NCBI GenBank assembly: GCA_013239625.1
Contig: MU056270.1
Location: 558,001-622,000 of the forward strand
DNA: 64,000 nucleotides
From: Lama guanicoe
Taxonomy: Eukaryota
Reading direction: 5' to 3'
Every line of letters starts with the position of its first letter. The first letter of the stretch is position 1. The position numbers and the translations under genes are program-made. Positions 13,270 to 23,793 of the stretch are shown here, piece after piece. Below the pieces are notes generated by a model. That model worked only from the letters and a program-made list of their open reading frames with translations, was not told the DNA's origin and did no database searches.

Positions 13270-14045
13270 CACAGAGCAGCCCCTTGTGTAGGAAAAACGC
13301 TTGTCAAAATATAACAGCAACTACCTGAAGGCACTGGAGAGAAACCTAAAGGAGGCAGAAGTGGGAGGGAGTCCACACTTGGGAGAAGCGGCCCAGTCTG
13401 GAGAGACAGCGTTTGGAGTTTCAGTTCAGTCGCGTTGATCATGTGCTGAAATGAAATCCAATACTCTGAAGAGGAACATACCGTAATTCAGAGTCCCTGC
13501 AACGAATCAGTCACTTTTTCCAGAATAGGATTCAAAACCAGACACTTGAAGAATGTCGTAAGTTTTGATGGGAACTGACCCAAGGTGACCCAGATGCAAT
13601 TAGCAACATCTGCTAATTAAGTTCTGCTTCAGGACATAAAGGAAATCACGCTTGCAATTAACGAGCAACTAGGAAAGCTCATGAGAGGAACGGACTTCCT
13701 TTAAGAACCAGATTGAAATTCTAGACCTAAAAGATGGAGCATCTACAAAGAAAACGTAGCAGATGAGCTTAACGGGAGAGCGGAGACGTCAAAAGGAAGC
13801 CCCAGAGAACCTGAACACCGATCTGTGGAAATCAACCAACCTGAAGAAGAAAGAGCAAAAAGACAGAAGAAAAATGAGCGCGTCTCGGTGACAGAATGAG
13901 ACGACCTGAAACGCACACAATTCGTGTGGTTAGAACGAGAGGGAGGGGGATGGCACAGCACGTTTGAAAAATCAATGTTCAAAATTTGGTGGAAGACAAA
14001 ATTTTACATATTGGAGAAGCTGAAAAGAGCCCGAAGACTTGAGAG
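13270..14045 (+). mobile_element. Ancient L1M 5' region and ORF1 remnant
   Basis: A-rich. Contains 'gaaccagattgaaattctagacctaaaa...gaacctgaacaccgatctgtggaaatcaaccaacctgaagaagaaagagcaaaaaga...tttgaaaaatcaatg...aaaatttggtggaagac', i.e. disrupted ORF1 coiled-coil/RRM sequence. Confidence 0.85.
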
Positions 14046-17000
14046 TGACAACGTGTGCAGCATCCCTACTCAAGTCCTCATCAATATGCGCTCTTGCTTT
14101 GTGTGCCGTTAGAACCGACGATTCCACGACAGTTGAGCCGTGTCTTGCTTCTGAGCACCTTGTGGTTACCGTGGAAACCAGCCTTCGCTTACATCCTTGT
14201 CCTTGCTCTCACAGAGCATGATCAGAACACGTCTTCCTCTGGTGGGTTAGCTGTTCCTAAATTAATTTAACAGATGAGAATGTTTTAAACTCTAAAACAA
14301 ACATTTGAATTCGCAGTACTGTTGAACCTAAAAAGACGGTGTGGGTTTCAAGGGAAGCACGAAATTTCAGATGGCATTGAAGAGAGCCTCCTGTCTTTTG
14401 CTTTCTTGGCTTCCAATTCACCTCACGAGGTGACAGCATGAGCGCTGGAACTGCGGCTTCTTCCTTCCAAAGGGAGAGCTTAATTTTGCAACAGCTGGAG
14501 CCAGATTGTTGGATTCTGGCCCCGATTTCTCCACCCCCTGACATAACAGGAAGGAGTCATCCTATGGTCGCGGCGTTACCCTCCTCGCTGGGCTGGGAGC
14601 GTGTGTCCTCTGAATCAGCCTTCGATGCCCAGGGCGCACCCAGGTCACCCGGAGGTTGTCAGTTGTGCAACCACCTGAGCACTTTGGACAGGAGAACTAG
14701 GAAGAGGCCTGCCCAACTGCCAAGCAAACAGGACCAGCGGTGGCTCCCCAGACCTTTCTCCAGAGCAGAGGCTCCACTCCCAATGGGCCCAGAAACCTGC
14801 CTTTGGACTTAGACCAACAGCACAGGCAGCACGTGGGGCCCGGGCCCTGGGAACCGTGTCACCGGCGTCCTGGCCGCCAGCCCCGACCCCGCAGCACAGG
14901 CTCCGTGCAGACTGGACGCGGCCTCCCTCTCTCGCTGAGCGGCTCTTTCTTACTAGCGTCATTATGCAGAGGAATGTGGAAAACCTGCTGTGTGTTGCAG
15001 AAAGTCCCCCGCTGCCGGAGCCTGTGCCGCGGCCGGGGTGAGTCAGGGCCCCGGGGCTCCCTCCCGACTCTGGCAGACGGCCCCTTTCTGCAGGGAAGAG
15101 CCAGCCCAGCAGCTGAGACATGTGACCTTCCCCAGCGCCACGGCTAGTGCCAGCTCATGGTAAGCTGGGCTCCTAGCCTATTAATAGTGATGACTCCATT
15201 AGTGCTGGCAGGCGCTGGTTCCAACACCAACTGCGAGTGAACGCGGTCCTGGCGGTGACTGGTCAGGTGGCAGTGGGACGGCCGCGTCTCCCCGGGCTCC
15301 CACAGACTGCAGCTCGGGGATCAGACAGATAAGACGCACACTGTGGTCGGGAGTAGGGATCGGAGCTAAAATTAGAAACATGGACGGCTTGGCACAAAAC
15401 CTTAAATTGCTGCAAAAACAGGACATTAAAATAAAAACACCTCTCCACAGCAGAGCTGGCCCCTCCCTCCCTGTTTACACACTTTCCCTGAGCAGCACGT
15501 AGCCTTCAGTAAGACCAGAATCCCACCCCTGGGCGGTCTGCCCGTTGGCCGCGTGCCCGCTCGCTTTGAAATCTAGTTTATTGAAATTACCACACAAATA
15601 CTTGAAGAAGTTTGAAAAGTGATCAATGCATCTCAATTCACACGCGTACACTTCAAGAAAGGTGACGTCTGCCACTTTGACAGGCCCCCGTGCACCTCGA
15701 GACAGGCGTGAGCTGGTCCGTCCCGCCGTTTACCGCCGGTGTCTGAGCGGAGGCTGCGAAGATCGCCTGCCAGGTAAACACGAAGCAGCTCGAACCTGGC
15801 CGAGCTAGGCGTGAGCCCCGTGACGCACTGCGGCATTCTGTGATTATCTCAGATGATAGGACTTGCCCCACACACAGTGCATGGAATTTCTAAAAACAGC
15901 CTGCTGCTTTGTAAGATCAAGCGAATTGCAAAGGTCCCTCCGAGAGACGGTCCTGACTTGCAGCACGAAGAATTCCAATGACATGGGGTCACTCCCCCGT
16001 GGTTGCCATGGGGATCTGAGGTCACAGAATCCGTAACACAGGAGAGCAATTCGTCGCACATCATCCCAAGCTGGAAACTGAGTAAGCTTCACAGCAGGGT
16101 TATGTGTAAACTGCAGGTAATGCTCGTTAGTCACGTGTGCATTTCAGCCCACCCCGCCCGACGCTGGAAGCACCCAGGCGAGGAGGGAGTGTCGGGAGAA
16201 GCGGAAAGTGACGTTCCTCGTTCTCTGACCGTGGACGCGGTGCACCCCCAGGCTCGCAAGGCTATTCCGTTACCCGGAGGAGTCGGAAACGGCCCGAGTG
16301 ACAGAAGGGCTAATTGGAGTCAGGAGAGCTGTTTCACAAAGCTCTGAACGGCTAAGTGGCCTTTGCACTTCTGTTTCCCATAAAACCCAATGCACTGCAA
16401 GGCCCACCTCGTTGCCCCACAGACAGAGTGACGGCCTGAAAACCGAGATCTGCCCAGGAGGTTTCCACTGCCGGCACACACACTGGCCTCGTCGCCAGCC
16501 TGGGCTCCTCCCCTGCCGGCGTCTCCCCAAGCCCCGAGCTAACCAGCTGCACACAAAGCCCCCCCGTCACGGTGCTGGATGCGAGTCTGATCCACCCACC
16601 TCTTCCACCTGGAGCCACACTCACCTGTGGAAAGAGCAAACAGCATGTCCCCAGGAGGGGAGGCCAGCGGGGGTTTTCCCTGCCTTAACCCAGTTGCTTC
16701 CATCAGCTTCACGCATACCAACGAGCATTTTTAGGAGACACTTCAGTTTGGGGCTGAATCCCGAGGGCTGTGAGGGGCCTTATTTCTTTCCCTGATTTCC
16801 TGAGCTTCCCACCCCAACCCCAGCCCACGCTAAATGACACAGTTTGCACCAGGGACAAAATCTTCGCAGGACTGAGAAGCAGAAAGTTGATCTCTGATGT
16901 ATAACATAGTCAACCTAGGTACTAAAATTTGAAAATAAAACCAACCGTGTGACTTACGAATATGAACTGTGCCAGCCTTAGAGTTTCTGATGACTTTACA

Positions 17001-17234
17001 TGAATTACTTCTCCTCCCTGACAAGGTTGCCTAACTATCTTACTGCTGGGGTGTTATATAAACGAGCCAAAGATGGTCCCATTATGTTTTCACTGCACAG
17101 TGGGACCTATCAGCTCCAAAGTCTGCTGGAACCAAACTCAAATTTGTACACACCCAATTATTTTGAAAAATAGCCCAAACAAGCAGATTTCTGGCCATCA
17201 GAGTCTGTCTGCTTTGCACCCCCACGAAGCATCA

Positions 17235-17872
17235 CCTGACAGTTGGTTAGAAGCAAAAGGCTGGAAACAGATGTGCTAACACCAGTCAAAGGAAGCTTCG
17301 GTGACTAACGCCAGACGAGAGTAGATTTCAAAGCAATTTCCCAGGACAATTGGATCATTTTCCAGCGACAAAAGGGGTTCGCTACTCGGGAGGACGCAGT
17401 GATCCTAAAGGTATATTTCTTTAATGACAGGGTTTCAAATACACGGAGCAAATAAAGAGAGAACTGTGATGAAGAACAGATAAGGACACAATTACAGCTG
17501 GAGATTCCAGAAACCTCTTCTCTGACGCTGGTAAAACAAAGAGACAGGGGATCAGCAAAAACGTAGCAGACCTGAGCCAAACGTCAAGCAGCCTGGCCTA
17601 ACTGCCGTCCACAGGGCATTCCCGCGACAGCAGAACGCGCCCTTCTCGGGGCAGCTACCAAGACAGGCCGTATCCTGGGCCACAAAGCACATCTTAGCAA
17701 ACGTAAAATCATTCGGGTTGTGCAGATTATGTTCTCTGATCCCAATGGAGTTCAACTGGAAATCAGTAACAGAAAGAGATCTGGAAGACCCCCCCAGTGT
17801 TTAGAAACCAAATAACACACTTCTGAGTAACATTTGGCTCAAAGAAGAATCTAAAGGGAAACTAGAAAGTGT
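17235..17872 (+). mobile_element. Ancient L1 ORF2 endonuclease-domain remnant
   Basis: Degenerate APE motifs: 'acaattacagctggagattcc' (IIAGDF), 'gtatcctgggccacaaagcacatcttagcaaa' (ILGHK..L.K), 'atgttctctgatcccaatggagttcaactggaaatc' (FSDHN..LEI). Confidence 0.92.
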
Positions 17873-19006
17873 GTCGACCTCCCATAAGGGCTGGAAAGGA
17901 ATTCCCAGACGTCCATACCCTTTGATGGTGTGGAATGATGAGCTCTGCACTTTTAAGTCTCTGGGTAGGTCTCTGACACCATTAGGAGAAGCAGTTTTAA
18001 GCCCGACAGGAAAAGGAAGGAATTCAAGGTCCTAGCTGGAGGGAAATGTGGTGTCCTGAAAATCGTAATGAAAAAATGCTAAGCTTTTACCACGTTCATT
18101 GAAAGTTAGCTCCCACTTCTGAAGCTTCAGACATCTCACACTCTGCCCACCACCCCCTCCTTTTAAACTCACTTGCTCAGGTTTGCCCTCGGCCTCAGGC
18201 CTTTGCTGGAATCCACACTGCAGTCTAACGGTGCGACCCGTCTTCCCGCCCAGGAGCCCTCCCAGCCTGTCTCCCGACCTGGTCTGACCAGGTGGGACCA
18301 TCACTATAACCCTCCTCCTGCAAACGCGGTGCTGAACCGGCCTCTGTCCGGCTCTTGGAAACCCGCCCCTGCATGGAGCCCGGGCTGGACCTCCAGCGGA
18401 TACCCCACAGCCGGGCGCGCCCAAGGCCCGTCCCAACGGGGCTGCCTGGGTCCACTCTGGATGCATGGCCTGACCACAGCCGTCCTGCTCCGTGTCTCAG
18501 GAGGGCTCACCACCCACCCGTTCTTCCTGCCCCCGTCCGTTCCTCAGCAAAGTGACCTCACGTGTCGACAGGACCGAGTTTCCCTGCTACTGAAGCCCAC
18601 CCGTGGCTTGCAGACGCACTGCGGATAAAATCTGCAGTCTTTCCTGGGCCGACCTCTCCACTCACTCAGCCATCCTCCCTCCGCTCACCTGCTCAGGCCG
18701 CACCTGGGGGAGCCGCAGGGGACGGTCACGTCTAGGTGTTGTGACCAGTCCGTGGGATCGCCTCCTCTGGGCAGTCCTCCGCCTGCAGCTGCCCTGCTCT
18801 GTCGCTCTTTGCTTTGTCCAGATTCCCGCTGCCGTTAAAGTCTACCCCACACCAGAGTGACTCTGCGACTTCTGTTGCTTTTTTGTGGCTTTTTTCACAC
18901 TTGGACTGTAACCTTGTAGGAAAGAGACCTACGTCTTTTAACTCCTGTCTACAGTCTGACCGCAAAATGGGCCTCAAACATTTGAGTTTATCACATCATA
19001 ACACAC

Positions 19007-19079
19007 ATTATCCAGTGTTCTGTGTCTACTGGATTTGATTTGCTGGCATTTTCTTTAGAATATTTGGACCTATGCGCAT
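19007..19079 (-). mobile_element. Inverted L1 ORF2 segment (MNIDAKILNKILANRIQQ region)
   Basis: Reverse complement 'atgcgcataggtccaaatattctaaagaaaatgccagcaaatcaaatccagtag' matches the L1 RT N-terminal consensus. Confidence 0.8.
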
Positions 19080-19089
19080 ATATATACAC

Positions 19090-19560
19090 ATACATTCGTC
19101 ATGACTAAGTGAGGCTCAACCCAGGATTGCAATGTTGGTTTAGCATTCAAATATCATCAATATATTTTACCATATTAATAAACTAAAAAAGAAGAAACAT
19201 TTAATGATCTCAAGGACACAGAGTATTTTACAAAATCCAGCTTACAGTAAACTAGAAACAGGAGAGGAGCTTCTTCACTCTGAAGCACTGGTGGGTTATT
19301 CCTGAGACCGAGACGAGGACCGTGGCTTCCAGCTCTTCTCTTCACGGCTGCACTGAAGGGCCCGGGCAGGCCTTTCGGGCGAGGAAACGAACTCAAATGC
19401 ATCCAGATGGCAAAGGAAGAACTAAGCCTGTCTGATTTACAGACAACATAACACCCACGCAGAAGGGCTAATGGGCTCTAAATAAAGTGATGCAGGAGTT
19501 AACATGCGTATCGGGGTGCTGGGGACAAGCCTGACAATGAAAGTCAAGTGCACCTCTGTG
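19090..19560 (+). mobile_element. Ancient L1 ORF2 reverse-transcriptase remnant (part 1)
   Basis: 'catgactaagtgaggctcaacccaggattgcaatgttggtttagcattc' (HDQVGFIPGMQGWFNI) and 'aaggaagaactaagcctgtctgatttacagacaacata' (KEEVKLSLFADDM). Confidence 0.9.
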
Positions 19561-19562
19561 TA

Positions 19563-19866
19563 CAGTCAGCCCTCGTGTCCACGTGTCCTGTATCCTCAGA
19601 GTCAAACAACCACAGAGCAAAAATATTTTTAAAAAATTCCATAAAGTCCCAAAAGGCAACACGTGAATTTGCCACGTGCCAGGAACTGTTTACGTCGCAT
19701 TGCACTTACAAGTATTTACGTAACAGTCGCGCTGTCCCCGGCACTGTGCGTAACCTAGAGCAGACGAGTGGAGGTGGCACACAAAACTGCAACGTTTCAC
19801 AGAGGAAGGGGGCGTCCTTGCGTCTGGGGCCCCGGAGCCCGTCCCCGCACCGCAGGCCGATGGCTG
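19563..19866 (-). mobile_element. MER2B-like Tigger (TcMar) non-autonomous DNA transposon nested in L1
   Basis: TA followed by the 'cagtcagccctc' terminus; internal 'aaaattccataaagtcccaaaaggcaacacgtgaatttgccacgtgccaggaactgtttac' is diagnostic of MER2B. Confidence 0.85.
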
Positions 19867-20005
19867 CACCAGCGATGACTGAGGGGCTCTTGGGGATTTT
19901 AACTAAAAGCACAGCCCCATTTGCAATGACCTCAACCTCATGACTCAATCGAACCCAAGGCGTGTGAGACCCACACACCAGTGTGAGAAAGTTAAAGGCC
20001 CACAG
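19867..20005 (+). mobile_element. L1 ORF2 remnant (part 2, resumes after MER2B)
   Basis: 'ccccatttgcaatgacctcaa...aacccaaggcgtgtgagacccacacaccagtgtg' resembles the consensus IPFTIA...LTKEVKDLY region. Confidence 0.6.
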
Positions 20006-23000
20006 GAGGGGAGAGACACGCCTTGCGCAAGTGCAGAGTCAGCCTAGACAAGAGGTCAGCTCCCCTCAACTGACCCACAGACCTGGGGCAGTCCCGGCTG
20101 GCACCCCAGGGGCCGTCTACGGCCCCCTGGGGACCCTCTGCTCACATCAGCTCCATCCCGCGTCTGCCAGTGTCCGAGACAAAACTCAGACCCCAAGGCA
20201 AGGAAGCCTTGTCGTGGCCGCGGGACACACCACGCCCTGACTTTTGTCGCTCTGTCTCCTCCATACGTCGCCAGTTTGTTCTCTTTTTCTTACATTTTGA
20301 TTTTGATGGATCTATTTGTAGGGAGAAAAGAAAAAATATGTTTGTCACAGGAAGATGATTATTGAGACCAGCCAGGCAGGCGAGGCCAGCCTGTGAGGGT
20401 TATTCCAGGTCTCCTGGAGGCCCTGACACTGCAGCCAACGTCTGCACAGAGCTTGGGGCCTGGAAGGCAGCCCGCTGCGATGCGCAGGGCCCCGGCGGGA
20501 GGGCAGGAGCCTGGCCGCCCACCCGTCCAAACAGCAGCGGTCCGTCCACGTGTGGGCGAAGCCTGTCACCTCCCACCTCCTCAGGCAAAAGCAGACCAGG
20601 CCTCCCATTTGGGGTCCCGTTTGGCGGCTTCCAAACTCTTTGAATTGTACACGCCCCCTCCAGGAAACCCCTCGAATATCTACGCCCAAGAAGTACATTT
20701 ACCTATTTGTAAATTACATGTATGTGTCTGTCCGACCACATCAAATTATCATATAAACTGGAAAAAAGTTGCAGAAATGGCTTCTTCAAAAATGAGATGA
20801 AAACAAACAGATGTGCTCACTTTGGAACAGGCTGAAGGCGGAGCCCCACCTTCCGTCGTCACTGCGGGGGTGGGGGATGGAGGGACCACGGGACCACAGG
20901 CCCTGAGGCCACGCCGGCCCCCACGAGCGCCACCCCTTCTCTCCCCGTATCAGAGGTCCACGGGCGGCGTGAAGTTTGAAAACCATTAAACGAGACGTTC
21001 TCTAAGGTTCCTTTTGTTGAAGAACCTAATTCCTCCTTAGCGTCCCGCCATGTACACCATGAGGCGCTCCCCCCGCCTAGCACGTCCGCTGCCTCTTCGG
21101 CTTCTGTTTGTTTTGTTTCCCACGTGACCTGTGCGGCTGTCACTCCCCACACCGTGCGTAGCGGAGAAGCCGGGGCACATGAAGGCTCCCATGAACGAGG
21201 TCACGAGCACGTTTTAGCAGCTAAATACAGCCAAGGAAGCGAGGCCCCTGCGTAAACCGCCATCCCCATCCCAATCGCCCGAAGGAAAGCCCGGGAGGGG
21301 CGGTCAGCTGGGACTAGGTGGCACCGCGCTCGGGCGAGGGGCCGCGGCCGGGCCACCTAGCAGAGGGCCTCCACCCCGCGACGCCCCTGTCAGCCTGCCC
21401 ACGTGCAGAGGAAGGAAGCGCAGTGTGTCCCCTGCTTCAGGGCAGGGCGGCGCCCCCACCCCCCACGGTTCTGGCCGGGCCCCCAGGGGGCAGCGGCACC
21501 GACGAGCTTGGGGGGCTTTTGTTCCACGTTCCCAGAGGAAGTTCAAGAGGCACCAGAACAAAACTCCTGTTTCCTGCGACTGCAGCTTCGCCCTTGAAGT
21601 GAGCTTTCTCTGAGGTAGCTTCCCCCGAGCGCGACCTGGGAAGAACAGGAGGGCTTTCCTCCCAAAACCGGGTCGCTGGCCCTTGAGGTGCAGCCAGTAG
21701 CGTCCGGCCCACTCAAAGTGCTCCCCGGCACCCCACCGCCCCCGCCCCCAAGCCCCCACCCCCGCCCTCAGCGGAGGGGCTGAGCCCTCTGCCCCTGGGC
21801 CGCCCGAGCGCTGGGAGGGCGGACCGAGCGGTGGCGCGGGCCGTTGGCGTGAATTCCAGGGACATTATCCTCACACACTGGGCTGCAGCCCCAGCGCCTT
21901 CCCGTCGCCCAAGCGCCATGAGGATGATGCAGGCTCTGTGCTGCGCCGGCCCTGCCCCCACAACCGCGAGCACGCACAGCACATCCTAGACGTGGCCCCG
22001 CGCAGACCCAGGCCCTGCCCGGCGCTGGAACTGGGCCACCGCCTGCGGCTCTCTGAACCAGCAGACCCCAGACTTCACAGAGCAGGTCGCAGACCAGCGT
22101 CGAGGGCTGCAGAAGACAGAGCCCGTCTCCGGTCAGAGCAGCCTCGAGTCCCCCCAGACGTGTGCGGACGGCCTCCTCAGCTAGCCAGGCCCAGCAGTGA
22201 CCCTACCGCACACCTGCTGGGGAGGGGCAGCGGCCACACAGAGCAGGATCCATAGACTCTGAGAGGAGCTGGCTTTCTCTGAAAGAAGGAAATAATGTGC
22301 CGATGTGATGGCACAAGTGTCCTCCGCTGTCGGCAAGCGGTGGGGGGACCGACCCCAAGCCGGGCCACCTGGCGTGTTGCCCTGGGCACCGGAGGGCACG
22401 CGCACACACACTCACTCACACACACAGGCTTAGAGACGGGCAGAGCGCACAGATCCCCAGCCCTCTTCCTCTCCAAAGTGATCCTCCTCCCCCGAGCCCC
22501 ACAAGCCAGTCAAAAGCCTCTTCCCTACGAAACACCCCCTTCTCCTTGCACAGGAGGTGGTGGTTGGCTGGTGGTGACGCGGTGCCCCAGAGCGGGAGGC
22601 AGAGCGGGGGCCCCAGGGGACACCGTCATCTGACCTGGCAGGGCCCCCACTGCCCAGGTGGCCCCGAGCTCAGGCCTGGCAGGGCTGTGACCTACCCTGA
22701 GAAGGCGCGCCCTGCAGTCCCAGGGGCGGGACTCCTGCTCTCCAGGCTCAGCAGCCCTGTATATGGTCTCTCTCCCTCCTGGGGTCACGGTCCTGGGCGC
22801 CCAGGGGGCACATGGTCATAGACGGTCAGGTCACCCATCGCCCTCACCTGGAGCTGACCAGCCCTGCTCCGGGTTCCCGCCTCCCCCAGCACGGCCTCTG
22901 CAGGACAGGCACCAAGCACCCGCGCCGCCCTCCCATCACCCGCACTTTCCTGCAGATGAGTAGCTGGGCGGGGGCTTCACGTCGGCCAGCGAGACCGAGC

Positions 23001-23628
23001 ACGGAGTCTCCTGAGAAGGAACATCGGCAAATCGCTGCAGACGGAGGCCGAGGCTGCGCCCAAGCTGCCGGGGGCGGGCCAGCCCCCCACTGACCCCCAT
23101 CCCTTCCTCCGGGTGCCCCTGGTTCTGATGACCAGATGGGCTCACGCAGAGCAGCGCTGGCTGCAGGTGCTCAGGAGGCCCGGGGAGGCGGCCTCGAGTT
23201 ACTCAGGGGACATAATGAGGGCTGCTTCTGGTGGCAGAATAGTCAGTAACTTCTGTTCACCCGTTTGTCAGGTTTATCTGTGAACAGCCGATTCAGGACA
23301 AAGTGTTTCCTGAGTGTGTGTGACGCACAAATGCCCGCCTTGTGCCTTCCGTTCAGGTCACGACTGCCGCTGGCTGCGCTCAGCTGGGCCCCACGGACGT
23401 TGTCTGCGACGGGCCAGGCAGTGACGTTCAGGATTCGTGGGCTGTGAGGTCACTAGGGACGACCGAGCCTGCCTTTGTCACCACAGGTGGCCGTGAAACG
23501 GCCCCAGGGGCCGCAGGTGTGTGGTTTCCCGACCCCCGTCTTCAGCCACCTTGGCTCCCGAACTAAGAGTCTAGAAATAAGAGGAGACAAAGCCTCTGCG
23601 CATCCGAGACATCAGCGACCCCCCACCC

Positions 23629-23793
23629 NNNNNNNNNNNNNNNNNNNNNNNNNNNNNNNNNNNNNNNNNNNNNNNNNNNNNNNNNNNNNNNNNNNNNNNN
23701 NNNNNNNNNNNNNNNNNNNNNNNNNNNNNNNNNNNNNNNNNNNNNNNNNNNNNNNNNNNNNNNNNNNNNNNNNNNNNNNNNNNNNNNNNNNNN
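23629..23793. other. Assembly gap (165 N)
   Basis: Run of N flanked by C-rich ccccccaccc / accccccaccc. Confidence 1.

Noticed and set aside
21200-22200. CpG island call
   Set aside because: CpG density is high across the whole window, including in old repeats, so an island cannot be distinguished by eye.
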